NCBI GenBank assembly: GCA_965243025.1
Contig: CBDETY010000003.1
Location: 3,712,001-3,776,000, forward strand
Direction of reading: 5' to 3'
Origin: Candidatus Latescibacterota bacterium
GTDB lineage: Bacteria; Latescibacterota; UBA2968; UBA8231
Length of the DNA: 64,000 nt
Shown here: positions 46,767-57,085 of the stretch, in pieces
How the letters are laid out: each line of letters starts with the position of its first letter
How positions within the stretch are numbered: the stretch's first letter is position 1
Position numbers and translations under genes: made by a program
The notes under the pieces: generated by a model
What the model was told of the DNA's origin: nothing
The model's database searches: none
Seen by the model: only the letters and a program-made list of their open reading frames with translations

Positions 46767-48095
46767 TCACTCCCTGATTCTCCGCCGCCGCCGCACCGCC
46801 CGCTGCATCAGCTCCTTCATCGGGGTCTGCAGATCGCGGCCGACGAGCCTTCTGCTCGCGAGCCAGCCGGCCGCGAACAGCATCTGCGTCCCGGCGAGGT
46901 ACCAGTGCGTCGCCGCGACGGTACTCGATTCGAGCTCCAACGTCGACATCCGGTCGAACAGCAGCCCCCCGGCGAAGCCGCCGAGGCCGGAGGCCCAGGC
47001 GAGGACGAAGTTGGGCACCGCGAACCCCTCCCCCTGGTACCCCTGCGGCACCGCGTCCATCATCGCCCGGGTCTGGCCGAAGGTGTAGCCGGCATGGATC
47101 ATGCCCCAGACGAGGAAATAGGCCGCCGCCCAGGCGGCCAGCGCCCCCGTCCGCACCGGCAGCAGCAGCCAGGCCCCCCCGAGGGCGGCCATCAGCAGCA
47201 GCGACGCCGTCAACGCCGGCCGGCTGCCGTGCCTCTCGACCAGCCGCCCCCACAGGTACAGGGTCAGCAGCTCGCCGGCTCCCATCAGCGAGAGCATCCA
47301 GACGTAGTAGTTGACCGGCAGGCCGCGCCCGGTCAGGGCCACCACCCAGAACGGCATGATCGCGGTCTCGACGAAGCAGGTGACGGCGAAGCAGGTGCAG
47401 TAGCGGCGCATCGCCGGTTCCCTCAGGACCTCGGCGATCCGCTTCCAGAGCCCTTCCCGCGGTCGCGCCAGCGGCTTCTCCGGGACCCGCAACACCACCA
47501 GGCTGCCGGCGACGACCAGCACCAGCCCGAGCCCGAAGGGGAGAGCGAAGCGGCCCGGGTCCGGCTGCGTGCCGAGGTACCAGCCGGCCAGCAGGGGCAC
47601 GCCGAGGGTGCAGAGCCGCTGCGTCGTGCGCATGCGGGTGATGAAGGAGACCTGCGCCGACTTCGGGGTGTTGTCCTGGACGAGGGGCCACCAGGCCGAG
47701 CCGCCGACCTGCACCATCGACTGCCGCAGGACCAGCAGCACGAGAGCGGCCCAGGCGATTCCGGGGCCGGCGTAGAGCGCCAGCGGCACCAGCAGCAGCA
47801 GGAAGAGGGCGCTGGCGAGGCGGGCGGTTCCCATCAGGCGCGGCTTGCCCAGCCGCGGCATCAGCTTCACCCCGATCAGGCGGGAGGTGTTGCCGAAGCT
47901 GGTCGCCGCGGCCAGCAGCCCGATCAGGAAGGGGCCGGCCCCGAGGGCGAGGAGAAACAGCGGCCCGCTCTGCATCATGAAGGCGCCGACCATCGACCCG
48001 GTGGCGAGGTACTGCAGCAACCGCCGCTGCCCGCGCTCCCCCGCGGCGCGGGCGGCACGCCGCTCTTCCAGGGTTCCGGTCGTTCGCTGCGACAT
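46767..48095 (-). CDS. MFS transporter
   Basis: About 12 hydrophobic segments and 'WGRLVERHGSRP' motif A-like loop. Confidence 0.82.
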   Translation of the reverse strand: MSQRTTGTLEERRAARAAGERGQRRLLQYLATGSMVGAFMMQSGPLFLLALGAGPFLIGLLAAATSFGNTSRLIGVKLMPRLGKPRLMGTARLASALFLLLLVPLALYAGPGIAWAALVLLVLRQSMVQVGGSAWWPLVQDNTPKSAQVSFITRMRTTQRLCTLGVPLLAGWYLGTQPDPGRFALPFGLGLVLVVAGSLVVLRVPEKPLARPREGLWKRIAEVLREPAMRRYCTCFAVTCFVETAIMPFWVVALTGRGLPVNYYVWMLSLMGAGELLTLYLWGRLVERHGSRPALTASLLLMAALGGAWLLLPVRTGALAAWAAAYFLVWGMIHAGYTFGQTRAMMDAVPQGYQGEGFAVPNFVLAWASGLGGFAGGLLFDRMSTLELESSTVAATHWYLAGTQMLFAAGWLASRRLVGRDLQTPMKELMQRAVRRRRRIRE

Positions 48096-48386
48096 CAGTC
48101 CGCGGGCTGCGGTTCCTTTCCGGCTCCGGTTCTTACGCGCCTGTCAGCGTGCTCCGCACTGGCAGGCGGAATTCCGCGTGAATCCTGCCGCCCTGGTTGG
48201 TCCGCTTGCCTGCCCGCGCAATTCAGCGTGAGTCCGGCCGCCTGCTTGCGCCCGCAGGACCCAAGCGGCCTTTGGGAGGGTCGCGACACCGCCATCAGGC
48301 GGAGCCGCCCGGCAACGTGACTCACCGGAGCGCCAGCAGCTTGAATCCTGGTCGGGGTTTCTCCTCCCGTCCGGATTCCGGCCCGC

Positions 48387-49988
48387 TCAGGAGCTGCAGG
48401 AGAGCATCGAGCAGCCGGCCCGGTGGCGCGCCCACTCCGGCCGTTTCTGCGCGTACTCCGCCTCTCTTTCCGGCTGCTCGTCGTACGGGCGCCGCATCAC
48501 CTCCAGAAGCTCCGCGACCCTGGCGAACTCCCCGGCCTCGGCCTCGTCGATGGCGAGCTGCGCCAGGTAGTTGCGCAGGACGTACCTCGGATTGACGGCA
48601 TTCATGCGCCGGCGCCTCTGCGCGGCGGGGACGCGGTCGCGGGAGCAGCGGCGCAGCCAGCTGCGCAGCCAGTCCGCGGTGCGCTTCAAGGGGTCGCCGT
48701 ACAGCTTTTCGCGCTCGTAACAGGCCGCCGAGACGCAGGCGACCAGCTCGTCGTCGGTCGCCTTGTCCGGGGAAGCGTCGAGGTCGGCGAGGGCGCGGAA
48801 GAACAGGGTCATGTCGGTCTCGACCAGCTGCAGCACCGCCTCCAGCTCCTCTATCAGCCCGGGGTCGGTCTCCGGATCGAAGGCGTCCAGCCCCAGCTTT
48901 CCCGCCATCATCTCCCGGTACTTCCCCTCGTACACCTTCGGGTAGGCGTCGAGCAGCTCCTGCAGCGGCTCCACCTCCTCGAACAGGGGCACCAGGGCGC
49001 GCGCCAGCTGCCCGAGGTTCCACCAGGCGATCTGCGGCTGGCCGCCGAACCGGTAGCGCCTGCCCGACGCGTCGGTGGTGTTCGGGGTCCAGCCGGGGTC
49101 GTACCCCTCGAGCCACCCGTACGGACCGTAGTCGATGGTGAGGCCGAGGATCGACATGTTGTCGGTGTTCATGACGCCGTGGACGAACCCGACCCGCATC
49201 CAGTGGGCGATCATCTCCGCGGTGGTGCGGCAGACCTCCTCGAACATCCGCAGGTAGACCTCCGGGCAAGGAGCCCCGAGGTGCGGGAAGTCGGTGCGCA
49301 CCGTGTAGTCGGCGAGCTGCTTCAGCACCTCAGTTTCGTTGCGGGAGGCGAAGATCTCGAAGTTGCCGAAGCGCGTGAACGAGGGAGCGGCGCGGCAGAC
49401 GACCGCGCCCGGCTCGTTCTCCGGGCGGCCGTCGTAGAACATGTCGCGCACCACCTCCTCCCCGGTCGCCACCAGGCTCAGGGCCCGCGTCGTCGGCACC
49501 CCGAGGTGGAACATCGCCTCGCTGCAGAGGAACTCCCGGACCGACGAGCGCATCACCGCGAGGCCGTCGGCGGTGCGGGAGTACGGCGTCGGCCCGGCCC
49601 CTTTCAGCTGCAGGACCCAGCGCCGGCCCTCCCCGGCGACCACCTCCCCGAGGTTGATGGCGCGCCCGTCCCCGAGCTGGCCGGCCCAGGTGCCGAACTG
49701 GTGGCCGCCGTAGCACATCGCGAACGGGTCCATTCCGGGGGTGACGGCGTTGCCGGCGAAGATGCGGGCGAACTCCTCCGAAGCGACGAAGCGGTCCGAA
49801 AGGCCGAGCTCGACCGCCATCTCGCGCGAGTGCGCGACCAGCCGCGGCGCCCGCACCTGCACCGGCCTGACCCGGGAGTAGCAGGCCCCGGTCACCTGGC
49901 GGCGGAAGTTGCCCGGCTCCGGGTCGCCGGGAAGCTCGCGGGTGAAGCGGTTGTCGAAGGTCAGCTCGTCGAGGGTCTTTCCGTTCAT
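48387..49988 (-). CDS. selO: Protein adenylyltransferase SelO (YdiU)
   Basis: '[16 protein letters not shown]', '[15 protein letters not shown]', '[13 protein letters not shown]', 'HGVMNTDN', 'TIDYGPYGW', C-terminal CSS. Confidence 0.95.
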   Translation of the reverse strand: MNGKTLDELTFDNRFTRELPGDPEPGNFRRQVTGACYSRVRPVQVRAPRLVAHSREMAVELGLSDRFVASEEFARIFAGNAVTPGMDPFAMCYGGHQFGTWAGQLGDGRAINLGEVVAGEGRRWVLQLKGAGPTPYSRTADGLAVMRSSVREFLCSEAMFHLGVPTTRALSLVATGEEVVRDMFYDGRPENEPGAVVCRAAPSFTRFGNFEIFASRNETEVLKQLADYTVRTDFPHLGAPCPEVYLRMFEEVCRTTAEMIAHWMRVGFVHGVMNTDNMSILGLTIDYGPYGWLEGYDPGWTPNTTDASGRRYRFGGQPQIAWWNLGQLARALVPLFEEVEPLQELLDAYPKVYEGKYREMMAGKLGLDAFDPETDPGLIEELEAVLQLVETDMTLFFRALADLDASPDKATDDELVACVSAACYEREKLYGDPLKRTADWLRSWLRRCSRDRVPAAQRRRRMNAVNPRYVLRNYLAQLAIDEAEAGEFARVAELLEVMRRPYDEQPEREAEYAQKRPEWARHRAGCSMLSCSS

Positions 49989-50016
49989 CTGTCAACAGTC
50001 CGGTTGATTGAGGTTG

Positions 50017-51216
50017 CTAACCGGGGCGCCGCGGGATCGCCGGCAGCAGCCCGAGCAGCCCCGCGGCGAGGGAAACCGCGGCCAGCAGGTAGAACACCGC
50101 GGCCAGCGACGACGCCTGCGCCAGGTAACCCGACGCCACCGGGCCGGCGAGCATGCCGGCGGCGTAGATCGCCTGGTAGATCCCCATTCCGGTTGCCCGG
50201 TCCTCGGGGGCGACCGCCCGCAGGCTCAGGGAGATCAGCAGGGTGTTGGCGATCCCCCGGGCCACCCCGCCGAGCCCCTGCAGGGCCATCAGCAGCCAGA
50301 CCGAGGCGATCCCCGGAACGACGACGAGGCTCGCGCCGACCAGCCCCGAGGCGAGCAACAGGGAGACGCGGTTGCCGCAGCCGCGGGCGATCCGCGTCGT
50401 CGCCATGGTGCCGAAGAGCTGGCCGATCAGCATCGCCGTGGTGACGTACCCCACCTCGGCGTCGCTGGCGCCGATGCGCTCCGCGTAGAGCGGCACGAAC
50501 CCGAAGCTCCCCGCAAAGGTAACGAACTGCACGAGAATGCCGATGGCGCCGGCGAGCAGCAGCAGCGGAATGCGCGCCACGCGCCGGAAGGTCGCCGCCG
50601 AGTACGAGCCGGAGCGGATCTGCCGGGGTTCCCGCGCCAGCAGCATCAGCACCGTGCCGCAGGCGCCGCAGGCGGCGGCGGTGTAGAAGGCGGCGCCGGC
50701 GCCGAAATACTCGGAGATCAGCCCCCCGCTGAAGGTCGCCGCCAGCAGCCCGACCGAGTTGATCGTCATCACCCGGGCCATGGCGTGGCCGCTGCGGTCG
50801 GCCGCGTAGTACGAGGAGAACAGCACGCTGACCGCCACCCAGCCGGCGCCGCCGACCCCGACGAGGGTGCGGGCGGCGAACAGGGCCCAGGGACCCGGCG
50901 CCAGGGCGAGCCCGACGGCCCCGGCGGTGGCGCAGGCCAGGGCCGCGGCGGCGAACGGCTTGCGGCGCCCCAGCATATCGGCGGCCACCCCGATCGGGAT
51001 GCGCAGCAGCAGCTGGGCGATGGCGTAGGAGGAGACCACGAGCCCGACCATCGACAGGCTCGCCCCGAGCTCCTCGGCGTGCAGGGGAAAGACCGGGACG
51101 TAGATGTAGAGCGACAGCCAGAAGGCGAAGGTCCCGGCCGCCACCAGGAGCACCGACCTGCGGTCGAACGGGGCGTTGCCGGCCGCGGGGGCTTCCGCCG
51201 CTTCCGTGGCGGCCAC
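50017..51216 (-). CDS. MFS transporter
   Basis: 12-TM pattern, 'GVAADMLGRRK', 'PEDRATGMGIY'. Confidence 0.88.
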   Translation of the reverse strand: MAATEAAEAPAAGNAPFDRRSVLLVAAGTFAFWLSLYIYVPVFPLHAEELGASLSMVGLVVSSYAIAQLLLRIPIGVAADMLGRRKPFAAAALACATAGAVGLALAPGPWALFAARTLVGVGGAGWVAVSVLFSSYYAADRSGHAMARVMTINSVGLLAATFSGGLISEYFGAGAAFYTAAACGACGTVLMLLAREPRQIRSGSYSAATFRRVARIPLLLLAGAIGILVQFVTFAGSFGFVPLYAERIGASDAEVGYVTTAMLIGQLFGTMATTRIARGCGNRVSLLLASGLVGASLVVVPGIASVWLLMALQGLGGVARGIANTLLISLSLRAVAPEDRATGMGIYQAIYAAGMLAGPVASGYLAQASSLAAVFYLLAAVSLAAGLLGLLPAIPRRPG

Positions 51217-51219
51217 CCT

Positions 51220-52272
51220 CTAAAGGCCCGGGGGTTCGACGGCGGTCTCCGTGCCCGAGGCGGAAGCCGCCCGGGCCGCGTCGGCGACCGCCTGCACCCA
51301 GTAACCGCTCTCGGCGTCGCAGACCGGCTCCTCTCCGGACCCGGCGGCCGCGGCGAAATCCTCGACCATCGGCAGGTCGAACAGCTTCTCCTGCAGCGGC
51401 TCCACCGCGATCCGTTCGGTCCCCTCCGGAAGCTCGAGGAGCAGGTGGTCGGCGGTCAGCTCCAGCGGGTCGATCAGTATCCTGCCGCGGTCGCCGTCGA
51501 TCTGGGCGAAGTCGTGGCGCGGCGGCGAGGTCAGGATCGTCGAGTGCATGCCGATCCCGCCGTCTTCGAAGCGCACGATCAGGGCGTCGGTGTCGTCGAC
51601 GGGCCAGTCATGGCCGACCGCGCCGACCGCGGCGCTCACCGACTTTGGCCGGCCGCCGAAGTTGAGCAGCACCTCGATGCGGTGGGAGGCCATCTCCATC
51701 AGGGCGCCGCCGATTTCCGGCTCGATCCGCCAGTCCCCCGGTTGCGGGTCCCAGCGGCCGCTGTAATGGGTGCGCGCGAAAACCACGCGGCCGATGCGCC
51801 CGACGGCGATCAGGAGCTTTGCGGCGACCACCTGCGGGCAGGTGCGGCGCCGGTAGGCGACCCCCAGGGTGACGCCGTGAGCGCGGCAGGCCGCCATCAT
51901 CTCCCGGCACTCGGCCGCGTTGCGCGCCATCGGCTTCTCGCAGAGCACGTGCTTCCCGTGCTCGGCCGCGAGGCAGGTGTAGTCGCGGTGGGTATCGGTC
52001 GGCGTCGAAACGATGACGGCCTCCACCCGCTCGTCCCGCACCAGCTCGGCGGCCGAAGCGAAGGCGCGGGGGGCCCCGAAGCGGTCGGCGAAGTCCCGGG
52101 CCGCCTGCAGGTCGCGCCGGCAGACGGCAACGAGCTCGAGCCGCGGCGACGCCAGCAGAGCCGGCCCGAACGAGCTCTCGGCTATGGAGCCGCAGCCGAT
52201 GATTCCGAATCTCACGATGTTCTTGCCCAGGGAAGGTGGCGGCCCATTTTGGGTATCGTTCCCCTTCTGCAA
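51220..52272 (-). CDS. Gfo/Idh/MocA family oxidoreductase (start uncertain)
   Basis: 'FGIIGCGSIA', 'GKHVLCEKPMA', 'WR...GGALMEMASH'. Confidence 0.9.
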   Translation of the reverse strand: MQKGNDTQNGPPPSLGKNIVRFGIIGCGSIAESSFGPALLASPRLELVAVCRRDLQAARDFADRFGAPRAFASAAELVRDERVEAVIVSTPTDTHRDYTCLAAEHGKHVLCEKPMARNAAECREMMAACRAHGVTLGVAYRRRTCPQVVAAKLLIAVGRIGRVVFARTHYSGRWDPQPGDWRIEPEIGGALMEMASHRIEVLLNFGGRPKSVSAAVGAVGHDWPVDDTDALIVRFEDGGIGMHSTILTSPPRHDFAQIDGDRGRILIDPLELTADHLLLELPEGTERIAVEPLQEKLFDLPMVEDFAAAAGSGEEPVCDAESGYWVQAVADAARAASASGTETAVEPPGL

Positions 52273-52346
52273 AGTCGGTTTTGAAGCGTTGCCGGCAGCA
52301 GGGTGCCCCCGCCCCGCGTCGTGGAACTCAAACTAAAGAATCTGTC

Positions 52347-54326
52347 GTGCACAAATTCCGTAACCACGACTTCGCGATCAGGTTCTCCCCCCCTTGGACA
52401 CCGGTGTTCCTGGTGGTCGCGACCGGATATGTGACGCTGCTGTGGTCCCAGTCCCTGGATTCAACACCCCCCGCACCGGAGGGTCCTGCCAAAATCCAGA
52501 GCTCGTTGTGGAATCTGACCGCGACGGGACAGGCCGCGGCCAAGCCAACGGATTCAGCCACGGAGGATACAGCCGTCGTAACCCTGGTTCCATATCCCGG
52601 TCAGGGCTCGGCCTCCATCGACACCTCCGCCTTTGCGGAGCTTGGCGTACAGGTCCTGGCCCGCTCCGCAAGCCTGATGCGGGTTTCCGTCCCGGCGACG
52701 TCGCTGCTGGCAGTTTCGGGGCTGCAGGGAGTCGGCTTCGTTCGCAAGCCCCACCGCCCGCATCCTCTGGCGACGATCAGCGAAGGGGCGGCGCGAATCG
52801 GCGCTTTGGCCAATCACGGGGCCGGTGTGAGGGGGCAAGGGGTAACAGTCGCCGTCATCGATGGCGGGTTCAGGGGGGCGGACCGGTTGCCTGAGGATAT
52901 GCCTGAATCCTGGAGGGTCCGCGACTTTACGGACGAAGGGATCTACGCCGGCGACGAGCATCGCAGGCACAGACATGGCACCGCCTGCGCGGAAATTGTG
53001 CACGATGTGGCTCCGGACGCGGAGCTCTACCTGTTGAAGGTGGACGACCTCGTCGACCTGGAGAACGCCAAGGATTTCTGCATCCGGGAAGGGATCGACG
53101 TGATCAGTCATTCCGCGGGCTGGCTTGGAACCGGTTTCGGCGACGGCCGCGGGCTGGCCTGCGACGTCGTGAACGACGCCGCAGACAACGGCATCCTGTG
53201 GGTGAATGCAGCCGGCAATGCCGCCGGCAGCCATTACACCGGGCCCTGGTCGGACAGCGACTCCGACGGCTGGCACAACTTCGCCGATGAAAACGACGAT
53301 GAGCTGTTGAACGTCCGGGCTGCCGCGGGCGACTCCATACAGGTGATCCTGACCTGGGACGATTTTCCCGTGACCGCTGAAAATTACAACCTGCACCTCT
53401 TTTTTATCGACCCGTCCGGCAATACGGAGCTCGTCGATGAAAGCACTACGATCCAGGATGGAGACGGCAGCGGCCCGGTCGAGTGGATCAACTACATAGT
53501 CGAAAGATCGGGAGAGTATGGTATCTCTGTGGCAAAAACGGACGGCGCCCGGCCGCAAAGATTGAAAATCTGGTCGTACAACCAGGACTTCGAAGAGCAT
53601 GCCGTCGCAAGGAACAGCATCGGAATGCCCGCCGACGCAAAGGGCGCAATGGCCGTGGGGGCAGTCTTCCATCGATTCTGGAACCGCGGGCTGGTTGAAG
53701 CGTACAGCTCCCGGGGCCCCACCACCGATGGGCGCATCAAACCGGAGCTCGCCGCTCCTACCGGAGTATCGACAGTTTCCTACGGCAGGTTGAACATCCG
53801 CCGGGGAGGAGGGTATTTCGGAACCTCCGCGTCGGCACCCCATGTCGCCGGCGCCGCGGCCCTTGTCAAATCCGCAAACCCATCTTTCTCGCACACTCAA
53901 TTGTGGAACGCCCTGATCGCCGCGACGGTCGACATGGGAACCGCGGGAACGGACAACGATTCGGGACACGGAAAACTCGTGCTTCCGGTTCAGGCGCCAT
54001 CCCCTCAAATCACCGCCGTCACACCCGGCCGGGTGGGGTACAATCAGATCGCGACCGCCTTGGGCGACCCCTTTCCCACCCCCTTCAACGCCGGCGTCAG
54101 CGTTCCCTTCACCATCGCTGAACCGGGCAAGGTGAGGATTTCGGTCTTCAACCTCATGGGGCAGCAGGTCCGCGTCCTGCACGACCGCCGGACCGGGGCC
54201 GGGGCGCACAAGGCCCACTGGGACGGCCGCACGGAAACCGGGGCGGAAGCGGCCTCCGGGATCTATTGGGCCATGCTCGAAGCCGGAGAGCTCGCGCAAT
54301 CGACCCGGCTGGTGCTGATTCGATGA
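52347..54326 (+). CDS. Secreted S8 (subtilisin-like) serine peptidase with C-terminal FlgD-Ig domain
   Basis: Catalytic triad motifs 'VAVIDGG', 'HGTACA', 'FGTSASAPHVAG', oxyanion 'AAGN'. C-terminal 'PTPFN..WDG..ASGIY'. Start approximate. Confidence 0.88.
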   Translation: MHKFRNHDFAIRFSPPWTPVFLVVATGYVTLLWSQSLDSTPPAPEGPAKIQSSLWNLTATGQAAAKPTDSATEDTAVVTLVPYPGQGSASIDTSAFAELGVQVLARSASLMRVSVPATSLLAVSGLQGVGFVRKPHRPHPLATISEGAARIGALANHGAGVRGQGVTVAVIDGGFRGADRLPEDMPESWRVRDFTDEGIYAGDEHRRHRHGTACAEIVHDVAPDAELYLLKVDDLVDLENAKDFCIREGIDVISHSAGWLGTGFGDGRGLACDVVNDAADNGILWVNAAGNAAGSHYTGPWSDSDSDGWHNFADENDDELLNVRAAAGDSIQVILTWDDFPVTAENYNLHLFFIDPSGNTELVDESTTIQDGDGSGPVEWINYIVERSGEYGISVAKTDGARPQRLKIWSYNQDFEEHAVARNSIGMPADAKGAMAVGAVFHRFWNRGLVEAYSSRGPTTDGRIKPELAAPTGVSTVSYGRLNIRRGGGYFGTSASAPHVAGAAALVKSANPSFSHTQLWNALIAATVDMGTAGTDNDSGHGKLVLPVQAPSPQITAVTPGRVGYNQIATALGDPFPTPFNAGVSVPFTIAEPGKVRISVFNLMGQQVRVLHDRRTGAGAHKAHWDGRTETGAEAASGIYWAMLEAGELAQSTRLVLIR

Positions 54327-54432
54327 GCGGCAAAGCGACGGAAACTATCGGGAAGGTTTCACGCCGCCCCGGGCTTCATCGGACCGGAATCGGTGGAGAC
54401 CGATGCGAAACTACTGACAGGAAGGTGATTTC

Positions 54433-55209
54433 ATGGATCTCGGACTGACCGGCAAAACCGCCCTCGTCACCGGCGGCAGCCGCGGCATCGGCCGCGCCAC
54501 CGCCCTCGGATTCGCCCGCGAAGGCTGCAGGCTGGGCATCTGCTGCCGGGGCAGCGAAGGCCTGGAGAAGATGCTGGCGGAGCTCGATTCCCTCGGGGCC
54601 GAGGCGTTCGGCGTCACCGCTGACGTCGTCCGTCCCGGGGAATGCGAGCGATTCGTCGACGCCGCGGCCGGGGCCCTGGGAGGGGCCGACATCCTCGTCA
54701 ACAACGTCGGCGGGGCTGCCGGGGGCACCCTCGAATCCTCCAGCGACGAGGACTGGGCCGCGACCTTCGACCTCAACCTGTTTCACGCGGTGCGCGCCAC
54801 CCGCGCCGCCCTGCCCCGTTTCCGCGAACGCGGCGGGGGCAGCGTCGTGATCGTCTCCTCGATCTCCGGCTGGAAGCCGGCTCCCACCGGGGCCCAGTAC
54901 GGCTGCGCCAAGGCGGCCGAGATGCACCTCGCCGGGGCCCTGGCGATGGAGCTGGCCGCCGACAACGTCAGGGTGAACGCCGTGTGCCCGGGCTCCATCC
55001 TGTTTCCCGGCGGCGGCTGGGACCGGATGCAGAACCGCGAGCCGGGAAATTTCCGGGACTTCGAGCAGCGGGAGTTCCCCGCCGGCCGGCTCGGCCGCGC
55101 CGAGGAGGTCGCCGACGCCGTGGTCTACCTCGCGTCTGAACGGGCGAGCTGGATCAACGGGGCCTCGGTGCCGGTCGACGGAGCCCAGGGCCGCCCGTCG
55201 GTTTTCTGA
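54433..55209 (+). CDS. SDR family oxidoreductase (FabG-like)
   Basis: TGGSRGIG, LVNNVG, YGCAK, 'VRVNAVCPG'. Confidence 0.92.
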   Translation: MDLGLTGKTALVTGGSRGIGRATALGFAREGCRLGICCRGSEGLEKMLAELDSLGAEAFGVTADVVRPGECERFVDAAAGALGGADILVNNVGGAAGGTLESSSDEDWAATFDLNLFHAVRATRAALPRFRERGGGSVVIVSSISGWKPAPTGAQYGCAKAAEMHLAGALAMELAADNVRVNAVCPGSILFPGGGWDRMQNREPGNFRDFEQREFPAGRLGRAEEVADAVVYLASERASWINGASVPVDGAQGRPSVF

Positions 55210-55328
55210 CTCTCCCGCCCCATTTCTCCAATAAGGAAGGAACAGAGCAGTCTCCGGGTCTGGCCTCGGGGTGCGGGGGATTTCCGGTTTTTGGTCCCGG
55301 TCAGGAAGGTCCCCCCCATGTCACCCTG

Positions 55329-55379
55329 TTGACCCGAAATTGACGGCATCATAAAATGAGATCGTATAGATATCATTTT
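55329..55379 (+). promoter_or_regulatory. Sigma70 promoter and inverted-repeat operator of the TA operon
   Basis: TTGACC (55329-55334), 17 bp, TAAAAT (55352-55357). Imperfect IR AAAATGAGATC (55353-55363) / GATATCATTTT (55369-55379). RBS AAGGAGGTG at 55391. Confidence 0.7.
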
Positions 55380-55403
55380 GTTGTGGCACAAAGGAGGTGA
55401 TCC

Positions 55404-55676
55404 TTGGCGGCTTCTCTGAAGAACATGACCCTTCGTGGACTGGATTCCCAGCTCGCAAGCAGGTTGAAGGAGGAAGCCCGGCGGGAGGGCAAGAGTGTGA
55501 ACCAGACCGCCCTGGACGCCCTTCGAAAGCAGTTCGGATTGAGCAAGCCCCGGCGGTTCACCGAGGTCCATCGAGACCTGGACCACCTGTTCGGACGATG
55601 GGACGAGGAGGAGTTCGCCCGCATCCAGCAGAACATCGACTCCGGCCGGCGAATCGATCCGGAGCTGTGGCAGTGA
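55404..55676 (+). CDS. vapB: Ribbon-helix-helix antitoxin (FitA/VapB-like)
   Basis: 'MTLRGLD..LASRLKEEARREGKSVNQ' RHH. GTGA overlap with the PIN gene. Confidence 0.8.
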   Translation: MAASLKNMTLRGLDSQLASRLKEEARREGKSVNQTALDALRKQFGLSKPRRFTEVHRDLDHLFGRWDEEEFARIQQNIDSGRRIDPELWQ

Positions 55677-56143
55677 ACGAGTTCCTGATCGATACCAATA
55701 TCTATTCGCAGGCAATGCGTGCGGAACCGGAGGTGGTGTCCCTGCTTCGCCGGGCCTCGCGAATCGTTTTCAGCTCGATCAGCATCGGGGAGCTGTTGTC
55801 CGGTTTCAAGGGAAGGGCACGGGAACAAAAAAACCGCGGGGAACTTGCGGAGTTCCTCGATTCTCCACGCGTGTCGGTTTGTTCCGTCAGCGAGGATACA
55901 GCCGAGTTCTATGCGGAGATCCTCGACAGGTTGAGAATCGCCGGAACCCCGATCCCGACGAACGACGTCTGGATTGCTGCCCAGGCCATGGAGCAGGGTC
56001 TGCGGCTCGTCTCGCTGGATCGCCGCTTCACATCCGTGGCCGGACTGCTTCTTCTTTCACCCGAGGAATCGGAGATCCAGGCCGGCAGCGGAGAACCGAA
56101 CGAACAAACCGAAGGCGATTCGGGTACCGAACAGCCCCGGTAG
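55673..56143 (+). CDS. vapC: PIN-domain toxin VapC
   Basis: 'LIDTNIYS', 'SIGELLSG', 'GTPIPTNDVWIAAQA', 'SLDRRF'. Confidence 0.92.
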   Translation: MNEFLIDTNIYSQAMRAEPEVVSLLRRASRIVFSSISIGELLSGFKGRAREQKNRGELAEFLDSPRVSVCSVSEDTAEFYAEILDRLRIAGTPIPTNDVWIAAQAMEQGLRLVSLDRRFTSVAGLLLLSPEESEIQAGSGEPNEQTEGDSGTEQPR

Positions 56144-56248
56144 GTTGGCCGCCTTCCCAGCTTGAACCGCCCGGCGGTTGACCCCCCGGTCCCTTTCCCC
56201 CGGCCGCGGCGATATCTACACTTTCCCCGCTTTTCCGGGAGATACCGC

Positions 56249-57080
56249 ATGATCCGCCTGAACGAACAGCAGCTCAACTTCTTCGACACCTTCGGCTACC
56301 TGGCCCTGCCCGGGCTGATGGCCGACTGCATCGACGAGATCACCGACGCCTTCGAGGAGGTCTGGGCCGAGCGCGGCGGGGGCCACGACGGAAAACCCCA
56401 CGACGGCACACGGCGCTCCTGCATCGTGCCGTTCATCGACCAGCACGAGCGCCTCTGCGCCCTGCTCGACGACCCGCGCATCGAGGGGCTGCTCGCCAGC
56501 CTGCTCGGAGACGACTTCAACTACAGCAGCTCCGACGGCAACTACTACGCCGGCGACACGCAGTGGCACTCCGACGGCTACCAGAAGGAGATCCGCCACG
56601 TCAAGATCGCCTTCTACCTCGACCGCCTGACCCGCGAGACCGGCTGCCTGCGGGTGATTCCCGGCAGCCACCGGAGCGGCGACCGCTACGCCGAGATGCT
56701 CGAGGCGAACGCGCGCAACTCGCAGGAGGAATGGGGTGTCTCCGGGGACCAGGTGCCGGCGGCCGCCCTCGAGATCGTGCCGGGAGACGTCGTCGTCTTC
56801 CAGCACAACCTCAAGCACGCCGCCTTCGGGGGCGGCGGCCGGCGCCGCATGTTCACCATCAACTGCATGGTGCGGGTCCCCGAGGAGCGGATCGACCTCG
56901 TCAGGAGCGACCTGGCCGGGCTCGCCCGTTTCTGGATGGAGAGCGCCTACGGCGAGAATGCTGGCCACCGCCAGCCCGCGGCGCATGGTGCACCTCGAGC
57001 AGAGGAAGGCCAACGACGGCCACCTCAAGGAACTGACGGCGAAGGCGCGGGCGGAGATGCCCGAGCCGTCGCGGGGATAG
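56249..57080 (+). pseudogene. PhyH-family dioxygenase with indel near 56957 (probable sequencing error)
   Basis: 'FFDTFGYL', 'WHSD', 'LRVIPGSH', 'LKHAAF'. The natural-looking C-terminus 'MLATASPRRMVHLEQ...PEPSRG*' lies in another frame and ends 5 bp before the next ATG. Confidence 0.78.
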
Positions 57081-57085
57081 GGATC

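Noticed and set aside
48387-48410. Possible selenocysteine read-through at the selO TGA
   Set aside because: The protein already ends in the bacterial Cys form (CSS). The Sec position corresponds to that Cys, not to the stop.
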